A stretch of 64,000 nt of DNA from an uncultured Acetatifactor sp. (GCA_910585665.1 CAJUFI010000001.1:16680-80679), one strand, 5' to 3'. Shown: positions 30,964 through 41,593, counted from the stretch's first letter. Translations and numbers: made by a program. The notes: a model not told the origin generated them from the letters alone.

Positions 30964-32272
30964 TGTGCTTCTCTCCTTCCTGCTGCATCCTGATATAGAT
31001 ACCCTGAATCAGGAAAAACATGATCATGGTGGTCATCACGGAGCTGCCTCCGTAGCTGACGAAGGGCAGCGTCACCCCCGTCAGGGGAATCAGCTTGGTC
31101 CCGCCGCCTACGGTCAGGAATATCTGGAATATGTACATGATGCCGATTCCGTATACGATCAGCTGGTAAAATCGGTCTCTGATCCGCGCCGCCATCTTCA
31201 TCATCTCCAGGAAGCAGGACAGGGTCACGAGGATCACGCAGATGCCGAACGCCACCCCCAGCTCTTCGCACACCGACGAAAAGATGAAGTCCTTCTCCAC
31301 GAAGGGGATCGCGCCGGGGTTGCCCTTGGACAGGCCCATGCCGAACCAGCTGCCGCTGCCGATGGCGAAGAGGGACTGGGTGATGGAGAATCCCTCGTTG
31401 TCAATGTAAGCCCAGGGATCCAGCCATGTGATGACACGGTTCCTCACATGGGCAAACAGATTGTACGCCCCCCAGGCCGCGCCGCTTCCCCCCAGCGCCC
31501 CGGCACAGAGGTACAGGTAATTCCTGGTGGCGGCGAACACCACGAACACATAGCCCACGAAAAATATCAGCGCGCTCCCCAGGTCCTTCGACAGCACCAG
31601 GATCACCACATGGGCCCCGGCCACAGCCGCCGTGACGGCTACTCTGGGGAAGGAGGTATCGTCCCACAGGGCCGCCGCCAGGAAGAAAAGGAAGAGGATT
31701 TTCACGAATTCCGATGGCTGGAAGGTCACGCCGCCGATGGTAAAGGAAATCTCTGCCCCGTAGGTGACTTCACTGTATATCAGCACGGCACCCAGCATCA
31801 CGATGCCCAGGATGCCGTAGGCCCACGTCAGCTTCTTCAGGAAGCGTATCCGGGACAGCGCCCAGGGGATGAACAGGGACACCGCCAGGGACAGCAGCAT
31901 GATGATATACTGCCGGACCGCCCTGCCGAAGGACAGCCGGGATATGACGCACAGCCCGACCCCAGACAGCATGCACATATTGTTCAGCAGCAGGCGGTTG
32001 GCCTTGTCATATATGGCGGGCACCATGACAGCCATGGCCAGCAGGAGCACCTGTACGAACGCGTAGAAGAACACATATTCCAGGTCCCCGTTCACGAGCG
32101 CCAGGTCCGCGAACAGGAACAGCTGGATCATGAACAGGAAGACGGCCTGGAAGGCGTAGATGGCGACCTTCTTCCCCCATTTGTCGAACAGGCAGGCGAA
32201 GCTGCACAGGGTATAGATTGCCATGAGCGCCGGTATGATGAATTTTGATAGCTCTGTAACATATTCCCGCAT
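30953..32272 (-). CDS. FtsW/RodA/SpoVE family SEDS protein
   Basis: FQPSEFVK, DLGSA, DFIFS, EELG, PLTGVTLPFVSYGGSS. Confidence 0.94.
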   Translation of the reverse strand: MREYVTELSKFIIPALMAIYTLCSFACLFDKWGKKVAIYAFQAVFLFMIQLFLFADLALVNGDLEYVFFYAFVQVLLLAMAVMVPAIYDKANRLLLNNMCMLSGVGLCVISRLSFGRAVRQYIIMLLSLAVSLFIPWALSRIRFLKKLTWAYGILGIVMLGAVLIYSEVTYGAEISFTIGGVTFQPSEFVKILFLFFLAAALWDDTSFPRVAVTAAVAGAHVVILVLSKDLGSALIFFVGYVFVVFAATRNYLYLCAGALGGSGAAWGAYNLFAHVRNRVITWLDPWAYIDNEGFSITQSLFAIGSGSWFGMGLSKGNPGAIPFVEKDFIFSSVCEELGVAFGICVILVTLSCFLEMMKMAARIRDRFYQLIVYGIGIMYIFQIFLTVGGGTKLIPLTGVTLPFVSYGGSSVMTTMIMFFLIQGIYIRMQQEGEKHSAR

Positions 32273-32276
32273 GGCT

Positions 32277-34598
32277 TTATTCCACTCCTCTTTTCTCATG
32301 ACCGGTGGTGTATTCTCCCGGCAGGAAAGGGGCTCCTTTCAGGAAACAGTCAAGCAGCCCTTTCACCTGCGCCGGGGGCTCTATGGTGAAATCCATCCGC
32401 AGATCCATGTCCCCCCGCAGCGCCGAAAGGGATTGGTGCAGCGATAAAGGAACGCTGTTGTAGATGATGTTCATGCAGTGGCGGCAGTTGGCCACCACGG
32501 GGAACTCTTTGCGGTATCGGTCTGTCAGGACGGCATCGGAGAGCGGCGGTTGGCCTTTCGGCCTGCGGTTCGCGCCGCATTGTCCTATCGTCCGTTTCAG
32601 GCAGTTGGCAGTTATCATCATGGGGATGCGGCCATATACCATCTTCTCGCAGGGCAGCTGCGCTTCCGGCAGCCCTTTATCTGCCAGGCCTCTCAGCAGG
32701 TTCCGCTGTTCGGCTGCCTTTAATTCATAGGGCAGGCAGAAGCCGTCCGACAGGGCAGACAGCTCTTCGGCGGCGGAATGGTTCCAGATATAGATGCCCG
32801 CATCGGTTCTGCAGGACATGTCTCTGTGGTTTTCCCGCACGAAGCCCAGGCCGTCCATGGATCTGGCCAGGAAGCCCTGGAACAGGCCGCAGGCTTCCAC
32901 TATCCGGGACAGCTCCTCCAGGTATCTCCGGTCTGCCTCCCGTAGGATGTAGGGAAGCGCCGCGTACAATGCGGCGGCCTTGGAGCCTGCGGCAAGCCTT
33001 TCGCATAGAGACAGTGCGTTTGGCGCCTGCCCTGACGGTTCCCCGGATTGTTCCGGCAGAAGCAGGTCGCTGTCCACATAGATCCGGACGGGCTGCTGCA
33101 GGGCTTCCGCTGACAGCCAGCCGCACAGGGCTTCCAGCTGCTGTATCGTGCGGACATAGAAAGCATATCCATGACTTCCAGAGGCCGCATTTCCATTTCC
33201 ATGACCGGTACACGGCGGTTGTCCATGCTCCGGGCTTTTCATCGGGCTTTTCATCGAACCATGGCCCGGTTCATAGCCTCTCACACGGAGCACCTTCTCC
33301 TCCAGCTCAGCGACGGCGGCTCTGCGCAGTTCATTGATCTGCTTCAGGGGATAGAAGCAGCCCTGGTCCAGGACAATTTCCGTTTCCGCCGCGTAAAAGG
33401 CGCTGTCCCCCAGCTTGCACAGCTGCTTCCGGACATTCTCCTCCGTGACAGGCTGCTGCCGGGCGGCCTCCACAGGCGCGCCCTGTACGCTGGCCGACAT
33501 ATCCTCCCAGCAAAAGGTCACCTCCGCAGGCTGTCCCAAGCGGAACACCGCCGAGACGGCGACTGGCAGTTTCAACGGATTCCCGATATGTTCCGCCCGT
33601 ATCTTCGACAAGAGCTCCTCATTGCTCTCCCTGTAGGCAGGGCTGTCCAAAGTCACCATCTCGCGCCCATTTCTTCTGAAAAAATAGCCGTCCTGGAGCC
33701 CGCTCCTGACATAGAGGGAAGAGAGCGCCTCCAGGTCCCGCCGCTCCACATGGTAGGCCTCCGCCGCCTCCCGGACGCCCATCCTTCGGCGCAGCTCCCA
33801 ATATCTGTCAATATATCGTCTATAAATATCCGTCACACCGGCAGCGTACTCCGGCTTCTTCATCCGTCCTTCTATCTTAAAAGAGTCAATGCCCGCCTCA
33901 ATGAGCTCCGGAATATGCGCAACGGTGCACATGTCTTTCAGGCTCAGGGGATGGCATTCCTCCCGCTTTCCGCCGCCTGCGCTCACGGCATAGGGCAGAC
34001 GGCAGGGCTGGGCGCAGCGCCCCCTGTTGCCGCTCCTGCCCCCTAAGATGCTGCTGAACAGGCACTGTCCGGAATAGCAATAGCACATGGCCCCATGGAT
34101 GAAAGCCTCTACCTCGATGCCGGCCCGGCGTTTCATGGCGGTAAGCTCCGCAAGGCTCAGCTCCCTGGCCGGCACTACCCGGCAGGCCCCCAGCTCTTTC
34201 AGCAGGGAGGCGCCGAATCCGTCGCAGACGGTCATCTGCGTGCTGGCATGGATCTTCAGGCCCGGGAAATGCTCCCGCAGGAACCGCAGCACTCCCAGGT
34301 CCTGCACGATCACAGCGTCCAGCCCGGCCTGGCAGAGAGGGGCCAGATAGTCATACAGCCCGGAAATCTCCGGCTCTTTCAGAAGGGTGTTCACCGTCAG
34401 ATAAATCTTCCGCCCCAGCAGATGGCCGTAGCGGATGCACTCCGTCAGTTCCTGCTCGGTGAAATTCTGCGCGTATGCCCTGGCTCCGAACCGGTCCCCG
34501 GCCAGATAGACGGCGTCCGCCCCCGCATGGACGGCTCCGTAGAAGCCCTCCGGGTTCCCCGCCGGCGCCAGCAGCTCAACTTTATGTCTGTTTTCCAT
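32277..34598 (-). CDS. U32 family protein with C-terminal extension (RlhA-like)
   Basis: ELLAPAG, GADAVY, HASTQ, CYSGQC...NRGRCAQPCR, KIEGRMK. Confidence 0.88.
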   Translation of the reverse strand: MENRHKVELLAPAGNPEGFYGAVHAGADAVYLAGDRFGARAYAQNFTEQELTECIRYGHLLGRKIYLTVNTLLKEPEISGLYDYLAPLCQAGLDAVIVQDLGVLRFLREHFPGLKIHASTQMTVCDGFGASLLKELGACRVVPARELSLAELTAMKRRAGIEVEAFIHGAMCYCYSGQCLFSSILGGRSGNRGRCAQPCRLPYAVSAGGGKREECHPLSLKDMCTVAHIPELIEAGIDSFKIEGRMKKPEYAAGVTDIYRRYIDRYWELRRRMGVREAAEAYHVERRDLEALSSLYVRSGLQDGYFFRRNGREMVTLDSPAYRESNEELLSKIRAEHIGNPLKLPVAVSAVFRLGQPAEVTFCWEDMSASVQGAPVEAARQQPVTEENVRKQLCKLGDSAFYAAETEIVLDQGCFYPLKQINELRRAAVAELEEKVLRVRGYEPGHGSMKSPMKSPEHGQPPCTGHGNGNAASGSHGYAFYVRTIQQLEALCGWLSAEALQQPVRIYVDSDLLLPEQSGEPSGQAPNALSLCERLAAGSKAAALYAALPYILREADRRYLEELSRIVEACGLFQGFLARSMDGLGFVRENHRDMSCRTDAGIYIWNHSAAEELSALSDGFCLPYELKAAEQRNLLRGLADKGLPEAQLPCEKMVYGRIPMMITANCLKRTIGQCGANRRPKGQPPLSDAVLTDRYRKEFPVVANCRHCMNIIYNSVPLSLHQSLSALRGDMDLRMDFTIEPPAQVKGLLDCFLKGAPFLPGEYTTGHEKRGVE

Positions 34599-34674
34599 AA
34601 AAAATCTCCATTACAAAAGAATCCAGCCAGGCTGGATTCCACACCGCCGCAGGCAGCTTTCGATGCCCGCCATA

Positions 34675-35079
34675 TTACTTTTTCTTTAGCTCCGTCTCTA
34701 AGCGCACAATCTCTTTCTCGCCTTCGCTGCGCGCCTTCTGCAGGGCCTTCACCTGATCCTCCACCGTGTCCAGCTTGATCTGGGCCGCTATCAGTTCATG
34801 CTTGAGATTGTACAGGTCCTGGTCCTTGGCCTGCAGCTCATCCTCCAGGGAGGAAATCTGCTTTTTGGCCTTGAAATAATCGTCGGCAATGTTCAGCTGG
34901 AGCAGGACGCTCTGGGTGTCCGCAGGCTGTCTCCGGAAGCTGTCGATTTTGCTGTATTCGTTGATTTTGTTGTTGATGTAGGACGCGACTTTCTGCAGGT
35001 ATTCTTCGCTTTCGTAGCCGCTTAACGTGAACATCTTGCCGCCGATGATCACTTCCGTATCTGTCTTGGAAGACGCCAT
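34675..35079 (-). CDS. zapA: Cell division protein ZapA
   Basis: EVIIGGK..TLSG.ESEEYLQKVASYIN...LNIADDYFK plus coiled coil; promoter TTGCCT-17-TATAAT at 35173-35201. Confidence 0.88.
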   Translation of the reverse strand: MASSKTDTEVIIGGKMFTLSGYESEEYLQKVASYINNKINEYSKIDSFRRQPADTQSVLLQLNIADDYFKAKKQISSLEDELQAKDQDLYNLKHELIAAQIKLDTVEDQVKALQKARSEGEKEIVRLETELKKK

Positions 35080-35220
35080 ATATAGCAAACCCCCTTGTAT
35101 CGTATCTTACGCGATGCCCTTTTGCTGCCTGGGAACGCTTCGCACCCCGCTCCGGGAACTCTGTCATCTAGTATTATATCTCATAAAGCGTAGACAGGCA
35201 AGCAGAAATTCATCCGGCTG

Positions 35221-36558
35221 TTACGGCCGGAGGCACAGGAACCGGTTCAGAATCTGGCGCAGGCACCACTGGGGGTCGATGGCCTCCACGGAGTCTGCGG
35301 TGACCACGGTCTCCCTCCGGTACACGACGCCGTCTACACAGTAGTCTATGGTCCCCACCACGGTACCCCGCTCCACCGGCGCCGTCAGCTCATCCTTTGC
35401 GCTGTATACCACCTTGATGTTCTCGTCCTGCCTGAGCAGCATCCCTTCCCGGAGCTCCAGGCTGTCCTTGCCCAAACTGCTGTTCTCCGATTCCAGCCTG
35501 CCCGCTATCTCCAGGCCGGCATAGGCTAAGCTGCCCAGAACATCCGTTTGCCCTCCCCGCACCGGCAGGGCCTTCAGCCTGCCCTCGTCGAACGCCACGC
35601 CCTCCTCCAGGAAGCTTTTGTAGAAATAGTTGTCGATGCCGTACTGCATCAGCGCCCTTGTGTCGCTCCATTTGTAAGTCTTGTTGTTGGGCCAGCCGCA
35701 GGCCAGCAGCGCCACCACGAAGGTCCTGCCGTCCCGCTCCAGGGCTCCCACATAGCAGTACCCGGCCTTGTTGGTGAAGCCGGTCTTCCCGGTCAGGGCC
35801 CCGTCCATCATGGTCAGGAACGCGTTGTGGTTCACGCAGGAGAAGCTGCGCTCATTGGCGTAGAAACTATAGTTCTGGGTCCGCGTGATGTCCAGGAAAG
35901 CGTCCTTGCAGGGGGAGCGCCTGATGCAGTAGGACATGACCAAAGCCAGCTCCCTCGCCGTGGTGCAGTGCTCTTTCTGCACCGTGGTCCCATCGTCCAG
36001 GGAGAAGGTCTGGGTGGCGTCCAGCCCGTTGGGGGTGACGAACCATGTGTCCTGGCATCCGATTTTGGACGCTTTATCGTTCATCAGCGCAGCGAAAGCC
36101 GCCACGGCCTGCCGGCTTTCCTCCGCCGTATAATCCGCCGCGTCCTTATCCCGCAGCTCCTGAGGCAGATAGCGCTTTCCCACATGCTCCGCCAGGGCCA
36201 CCGCCGCGTCATTGTGAGACTCCAGCATCAGGGAATACAGAAGGTCCTTCACCTGATACCGCTCCCCTTTTTGTATGTACAGCTTCACTTTCGGCATGCT
36301 GGCCGCATAGGCGGACACGCTCAGCTCCTCCTCCGGCGAGGTGTTCTCCAGAATCAGGATGCAGGTCATGATCTTCGTCGTGCTGGCCATGGCCATGACG
36401 GCGTTCTCTTCCTTTCCGTACAGCACCCTCCCGGAGTCCGCGTCCATCAGGACGGCCGCCGTGGCATACAGGGGCAGGTCCTCCTGGGCATACAGCGGCA
36501 TCTGCGGGCAGATTGCCAGGCAGCAGGCGGCAAAAATGCCCCATATCATTTTTCTCAT
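35221..36558 (-). CDS. D-alanyl-D-alanine carboxypeptidase (DacB-like); start uncertain (36549-36570)
   Basis: ASTTKIMT, SHNDAA, KTGFT; signal peptide; sigma-E-like ACATAAA-N15-CATATATT at 36602-36631. Confidence 0.9.
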   Translation of the reverse strand: MRKMIWGIFAACCLAICPQMPLYAQEDLPLYATAAVLMDADSGRVLYGKEENAVMAMASTTKIMTCILILENTSPEEELSVSAYAASMPKVKLYIQKGERYQVKDLLYSLMLESHNDAAVALAEHVGKRYLPQELRDKDAADYTAEESRQAVAAFAALMNDKASKIGCQDTWFVTPNGLDATQTFSLDDGTTVQKEHCTTARELALVMSYCIRRSPCKDAFLDITRTQNYSFYANERSFSCVNHNAFLTMMDGALTGKTGFTNKAGYCYVGALERDGRTFVVALLACGWPNNKTYKWSDTRALMQYGIDNYFYKSFLEEGVAFDEGRLKALPVRGGQTDVLGSLAYAGLEIAGRLESENSSLGKDSLELREGMLLRQDENIKVVYSAKDELTAPVERGTVVGTIDYCVDGVVYRRETVVTADSVEAIDPQWCLRQILNRFLCLRP

Positions 36559-36647
36559 CCGCATTATCATACGCAAAAGCCATCCAATGGGATTTTTAAA
36601 TAATATATGAGGCCTTTCGCGGGTTTTATGTTTGGCGGCCCGTCCTT

Positions 36648-37217
36648 TTATACATCCAGCTGCATCTGCACTTCCGCCTCCGCCTGCTGCTTGAACTCTT
36701 CCAACTGCACCGGGTTCAGCTCCGGCAGCTCGTCCAGCCTGCCGACGCCGAAGCAGCGCAGGAACTGCTCCGTGGTGCCGAACAGCAGCGGCCTGCCCGG
36801 AGCGTCCAGCCGTCCCAGCTCGGTGATCAGGTCGTACTCCAGCAGCTTGTTGATGGCATGGTCGCAGTTGACGCCCCGGACCCGCTCCACTTCCACCCTG
36901 GTCACAGGCTGCTTGTAGGCGATGATGGAGAGGGTCTCCAGCACCGTGTCCGTCAGCGTCAGCTTCCTGGGCGCTTTGGCAATCTTCACCAGGTACTCGT
37001 ACATGCTCTCCTTGGTGCACAGCTGCACGGCGTCGTCGAACCGCGCCAGCGTGATGCCCCTGTCCTCCCTGGCATAGCGCTCCTCCATGCCTTTCAGGAT
37101 GTCCCTGGTGACCTTGATGTCCTCCTCTATCACATCGGCTAGGCGGCTGATCTCCACGGTCTCCCCCATGGTGAACAGCACTGCCTCGATGACGGCTTCC
37201 GCTTTCGTCCTTTTCAT
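36648..37217 (-). CDS. scpB: SMC-Scp complex subunit ScpB
   Basis: LETLSIIAYKQPVTR, RGV, GRPLLFGTTEQFLRCFG. Confidence 0.96.
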   Translation of the reverse strand: MKRTKAEAVIEAVLFTMGETVEISRLADVIEEDIKVTRDILKGMEERYAREDRGITLARFDDAVQLCTKESMYEYLVKIAKAPRKLTLTDTVLETLSIIAYKQPVTRVEVERVRGVNCDHAINKLLEYDLITELGRLDAPGRPLLFGTTEQFLRCFGVGRLDELPELNPVQLEEFKQQAEAEVQMQLDV

Positions 37218-37306
37218 TTCCGCAGTTTTCCTCCTCCGGGCATTCTGCAGCGGGGCGGGCTCCAGGATATGGCTGCCGGTTCCGCTGCCGTGAAACATAC
37301 GCTTTA

Positions 37307-38053
37307 TCATGACTCGGCCCATGTAATCATGATGTCGTCAAAAATCCGCTCCTGTGTGATAGTGATCTTGCTGGTCTTCATCAGTTCCAGGACGACCAGG
37401 AACGTGACGATGATCTCCATTTTGCTGGACTGCTTCTCCAGGAGCCTGCGGAAGCTGAAATGTCCGTGTTCCTGGGCATAGGCCTCCACATAGAGCATCT
37501 TGGCGTCCATGTCGATCTCTTCTTTTTCGATATTGCCGTACCGGCTGCGGATGGGGTCTATCTTGTCCTCCTGCCGCCGGATGATCGCTTTGAAGATATC
37601 GTGCAGACGGTTCAGCGTCATGTCCCCTATCAGCTGCTCATAGTCCAGAGGCGGCTTGTACAGGGCCACCTCCGGGGGGAGCTTCTGCTCCCTGTAAAGG
37701 CTCTTCGCCGCGTCCACCTGCCTGTCCCGCAGCTCCAGGGACATGTACTTGTACATCTTGTATTCCAGCAGCTTCTGTACCAGCTCGGCCCTGGGGTCTT
37801 CCTCCACCCCCTCCTCGTCCACTTCCTTGGGCAGCAGCATCCTGCACTTGATGTCGATCAGGGTGGCCGCCATCACAAGGAATTCGCTCATCACGTTCAT
37901 GTCGTCTGTCTCCATCTGCTTGATGTAGTCCAGATACTGTTCCGTGATCTCCACGATGGGGATATCGTAGATGTCGATTTTGTTCTTTTCTATCAGATGA
38001 AGCAGAAGGTCCAGGGGGCCTTCGAACGCTTCCAATTTGACCGGTATCGCCAT
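37307..38053 (-). CDS. scpA: Segregation/condensation protein ScpA
   Basis: FEGPLDLLLHLI, FLVMAATL.DIK.RMLLP, FLVVLELMK. Confidence 0.96.
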   Translation of the reverse strand: MAIPVKLEAFEGPLDLLLHLIEKNKIDIYDIPIVEITEQYLDYIKQMETDDMNVMSEFLVMAATLIDIKCRMLLPKEVDEEGVEEDPRAELVQKLLEYKMYKYMSLELRDRQVDAAKSLYREQKLPPEVALYKPPLDYEQLIGDMTLNRLHDIFKAIIRRQEDKIDPIRSRYGNIEKEEIDMDAKMLYVEAYAQEHGHFSFRRLLEKQSSKMEIIVTFLVVLELMKTSKITITQERIFDDIMITWAES

Positions 38054-38106
38054 TGTCTCCTCGCATGCTCTTTCCAATTTCGCCATGTTCCATGGCCCGG
38101 ATTACC

Positions 38107-38151
38107 ATTTTACAGCTTTTGCCAACGCTTTGCAAGTATGAACATGCGTTC
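38107..38151 (-). promoter_or_regulatory. Sigma-A promoter of scpAB with adjacent LexA box
   Basis: TTGCAA-17 bp-TAAAAT (38107-38135); GAACATGCGTTC at 38140-38151. Confidence 0.6.
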
Positions 38152-38181
38152 CTTCCGGAAGGTAGCGGTTGGACAATGGCC

Positions 38182-39048
38182 CTACGGCTCGGTCAGGGGC
38201 CGGAACTCTATCACCCACAGTTCCCCGGGATTGAACAGCCTGACCGGGATTGTATGGCTCCCAAGGCCTCTGCTCAGCACCATGACGGCGTCCCCCTCCC
38301 GGAAGACGCCGCCGTCATACTTTGGGAAGATGCGCCAGGTGGGCGCGATGAAGCCCTTGCCCCAGAAAGGAACCCGGGCCACGCCGCCGTGTACATGCCC
38401 TGACAGTGTAAGCGCCGCCCCCCAGGCGGCATACTGGGGGAAATAATCCGGATTGTGGGCCAGCAGCACCGTATAGGCGTCCTTCGGAGCCTGTCCCAGC
38501 AGGCCCGGCAGGTAGCCGGGATCCATGGCTTCGGGCCGGAGCTTTTTGAAATATTCCATGTCGATCTCGACTCCATAGAGTACGATCCCCTGCTCCGGCA
38601 GGTTGCAGTGCCCGTTCACGACAGGTTCAATGCCTGCGCTTCCCAGTCCGGCCTCGTAACGCTCCGCCATGTCGCCGTATACATCCCGGGCCGCCGCCAG
38701 GCGCTGCTCGTGGTTCCCGTAGGCATAGTACACGGGGTAATCCCCGGCCAGGCTGCGCATCAGGTGCAGCGCCGGCTCAAAGGATTCCTTCGTGTTCGCC
38801 GTCAGGAGGTCTCCCGCCGCCAGGATGAAGTCCGGCTGCGCCGCCCGGATGGCAGCCAGAAGCCTTTCATTCTTTTTTCCGTATTGTTTGTTATGTAAAT
38901 CCGTCAAAAGCACTGCGCGGCAGGGCTTCTTGATCCGTCTGTCCGTCACGGTGTGGGTTCTGACCACAAAGCGGTTGCTGTCGTAGAGCATGATCCAGGC
39001 CAGCGCCAGCGCCGCGATTACGATTATGGTTATCAGGATATCCAGCAT
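38182..39048 (-). CDS. Metallophosphoesterase
   Basis: DLH, GD, GNHE, AHNP, SGHVHGG, SRGLG; N-terminal TM. Confidence 0.92.
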   Translation of the reverse strand: MLDILITIIVIAALALAWIMLYDSNRFVVRTHTVTDRRIKKPCRAVLLTDLHNKQYGKKNERLLAAIRAAQPDFILAAGDLLTANTKESFEPALHLMRSLAGDYPVYYAYGNHEQRLAAARDVYGDMAERYEAGLGSAGIEPVVNGHCNLPEQGIVLYGVEIDMEYFKKLRPEAMDPGYLPGLLGQAPKDAYTVLLAHNPDYFPQYAAWGAALTLSGHVHGGVARVPFWGKGFIAPTWRIFPKYDGGVFREGDAVMVLSRGLGSHTIPVRLFNPGELWVIEFRPLTEP

Positions 39049-39084
39049 ATACTTCCTTTCGCCCGAAGGGGTTCTTACAAATGA

Positions 39085-40266
39085 TTATAGCACATCCGCC
39101 GGTTTTTCCAAAAGGAAAAATCCGAATATTTTCCGCAGGTAGTCCGGGTAGCCGGCTTTTTCCACATCCTCCGCGAACAGGATGGGGACGCTGCCGATCT
39201 CCGTGCCGTTCAGCAGGTACCTGACGCGGCCCGCTTCCGTCCCTTCTTCCACAGGCGCTCGCACGATATCGGGAAGCTCCAACACTTTCTCCACCGCGCC
39301 CAGGTCATTCCCTGCGATGTCCAGGTATCGGAATTCTCCCTGGCACCTGACAGATGCCTCTTCCGCCACGCCGCCCTCCACGGGCAGCGGCGACAGCGCT
39401 TCCTGGTTTTCGTCTATGTACAGTTTACATACGCTGAACCCGTAGGCCAAAAGGGTCTGGGCGTCGCCGAAACGGGTCTTGTAGTCCGGCGCTCCCATCA
39501 CCACCGCAATCAGGTCGATGCCGTCCTTGGAAGCCGTGGCCGAGAGACAGTATTTCGCCTTGGAGGTGGAGCCGGTCTTCAGGCCTGTGGTCCACTGGTA
39601 CTGCTTCAGAAGCTTGTTGGTGCTGCTCAGGGTGAAGTTCGAGGTGCCCTGGCTGGTCTCGTGTGTGATGTCCTCCATCCAGATAGTTGTGTAATGGAAA
39701 ATGTCCGGGTGCCGCACCGTCAGCTCCCTTGACATGACCGCCACGTCTTTGGCCGAGGTGTAATGATTGTCAGAGTCGCTTAAGCCGCAGCAGTCCTCGA
39801 AGTGGGTGTCCGCCATGCCCAGCTCCTGGGCCCTCTGGTTCATCAGATCCACGAAAGCCGCCTCGCTGCCCGCGATATGCTCCGCCACCGCCACGCTGGC
39901 GTCATTGCCGGAGGACACGGCGATGCATTTGATCATGGTGTCCAGGGTCTGTACCTCGCCCGCCGCCAGATACACCTGGGAGCCGCCCATGGAACTGGCG
40001 TATTCGCTGGTAGTCACCTGGTCCGTCAGGCTCACCTTTCCGCTCTCTATGGCTTCAAAAGTGAGGAGCAGCGTCATGATCTTCGTGATGCTGGCCGGGC
40101 TCCGGCGCTCGGCGGCGTTCTGCTCGTAGATCACCTCCCCCGTAGAGCTTTCGATCAATATCACCGATGGGGAGGAGACTGCCACGTCAGCGTTCACGGG
40201 CAGCACCGATGTAAAGATGAGCGCAAGCGCAAGCAGCGCCGACAACAACGATTTCTTTCCTGACAT
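39085..40266 (-). CDS. D-alanyl-D-alanine carboxypeptidase (DacF-like)
   Basis: PASITKIMT, SGNDAS, GLKTGST; sigma-E-like GCATATA-N14-CATATTCT at 40301-40329. Confidence 0.92.
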   Translation of the reverse strand: MSGKKSLLSALLALALIFTSVLPVNADVAVSSPSVILIESSTGEVIYEQNAAERRSPASITKIMTLLLTFEAIESGKVSLTDQVTTSEYASSMGGSQVYLAAGEVQTLDTMIKCIAVSSGNDASVAVAEHIAGSEAAFVDLMNQRAQELGMADTHFEDCCGLSDSDNHYTSAKDVAVMSRELTVRHPDIFHYTTIWMEDITHETSQGTSNFTLSSTNKLLKQYQWTTGLKTGSTSKAKYCLSATASKDGIDLIAVVMGAPDYKTRFGDAQTLLAYGFSVCKLYIDENQEALSPLPVEGGVAEEASVRCQGEFRYLDIAGNDLGAVEKVLELPDIVRAPVEEGTEAGRVRYLLNGTEIGSVPILFAEDVEKAGYPDYLRKIFGFFLLEKPADVL

Positions 40267-40344
40267 AAAAATGCCACACTCCATATTCTGCCTTTTCAAT
40301 AGAATATGTGAATGCGGCCAGATATATGCCTGGCGGGAACATAC

Positions 40345-40375
40345 AAAATCCCCAGTCTTCCTACAGACTGGGGAT
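40345..40375 (-). terminator. Intrinsic terminator of rpsU
   Basis: ATCCCCAGTCT/AGACTGGGGAT stem followed by T run on - strand. Confidence 0.8.
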
Positions 40376-40381
40376 AGTTGG

Positions 40382-40558
40382 TTAGTTATATTTACGTTTC
40401 CTGGCTGCTTCAGACTTCTTCTTGCGTCTTACGCTTGGCTTCTCGTAATGCTCACGCTTACGAATCTCCTGTTGGATACCGGCTTTCGCACAGCTTCGTT
40501 TGAAGCGACGCAAAGCGCTGTCCAAAGTCTCGTTTTCTTTTACAATTACGTTTGACAT
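40382..40558 (-). CDS. rpsU: 30S ribosomal protein S21
   Basis: [29 protein letters not shown]; promoter TTGACG-16-TATAAT at 40647-40674. Confidence 0.98.
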   Translation of the reverse strand: MSNVIVKENETLDSALRRFKRSCAKAGIQQEIRKREHYEKPSVRRKKKSEAARKRKYN

Positions 40559-40714
40559 GCCCACCCGACCCTCCCTTCAGTCCCTCAAGCAACATGACTG
40601 ATTGGGTTATTTTTTATGTATCGCATACGGCCTATACACATCTTTTATTATATCATAAATGTTCTGTGCGTCAACAGTTTTTTACAGTTTTTAGCAGAAA
40701 AATTTTAAAAAATT

Positions 40715-41593
40715 TCACTTTCTGAAGACAAGCCTGATTCTCAGCAGATTTCCCGCCGTTTCCGCCATCGCTTCCCCGCCCATTTTCCGCATCAGCTCCC
40801 GGACGATGAACAGCCCCAGGCCGGAGGAGCCTTTTCCTCTGGCCGGGTCGTTTTTGTAGAATATATCAAACATATGTCCTGTATTCGGGCGGCTGTCCTC
40901 TGACACGGGATTCTCGAAAATCATGCCGTCAGCCCGCTGGAGGATGGTCAATCCGCCCTCTCCGTGAATCAGCACGTTCTGGATCAGATTCAGGAAAATC
41001 CGGCGCAGGGCGTCTTCGTCCGCCCAGACACAGGCTCCTTCCGATGAAAATGACACCTCCGGTGAAAATCCGGCTTTCTCAAACTTCGTGTACTGGCTCA
41101 GGAGACAGTCGCCAAGCAGCGGCAGCAGCGGCACTTTCCTCACGGAGAGTTGAAAGTCTTCGCTGGTGACCTTGGTGTACAGGAACATTTCCTCCAGCAT
41201 GTCCTCCAACTCCGCCAGCCTGCTCTCCACTGTCTGTAGATAACGCGCCCTTTTGGCGGCGTCGGTGCATTCCTGGGCCAGCTGTGTGTACCCGATGGCT
41301 CCGGTCAGAGGCGTGCGGATGTCATGGGCCAGGCCGGCCACGTTCTGCTTCAGCCGCTTCTCAGCTCTTTCATACTGGATATGTCTCCTGTCCTTGCGGC
41401 TCAGGATAGTGTTCAATATCCCGCAGAGGGCCAGCACGGGACGCTGGCGGCTGTTCACCGCCAGTTCCATCTGGCTTCCGTCCTCGATTTCCTCCAGTTG
41501 CCTGTAGAGGGAACGCAGTTCCATGCGGCAGCGGATGTAGAGAAAGCCCGAAACAAAGGCACAGATGCAGGTCAGCACAAGTAAAATCGTCAT
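40715..41593 (-). CDS. Sensor histidine kinase lacking an extracellular domain
   Basis: H box AHDIRTPLT, N box NLIQN, G2 box GSSGLGL; single N-terminal TM. Confidence 0.92.
   Translation of the reverse strand: MTILLVLTCICAFVSGFLYIRCRMELRSLYRQLEEIEDGSQMELAVNSRQRPVLALCGILNTILSRKDRRHIQYERAEKRLKQNVAGLAHDIRTPLTGAIGYTQLAQECTDAAKRARYLQTVESRLAELEDMLEEMFLYTKVTSEDFQLSVRKVPLLPLLGDCLLSQYTKFEKAGFSPEVSFSSEGACVWADEDALRRIFLNLIQNVLIHGEGGLTILQRADGMIFENPVSEDSRPNTGHMFDIFYKNDPARGKGSSGLGLFIVRELMRKMGGEAMAETAGNLLRIRLVFRK

Noticed and set aside
36571..37020. 150-aa N-terminal extension of the DacB-like ORF
   Set aside because: It overlaps scpB in another frame; the signal peptide and sigma-E-like promoter place the start near 36558
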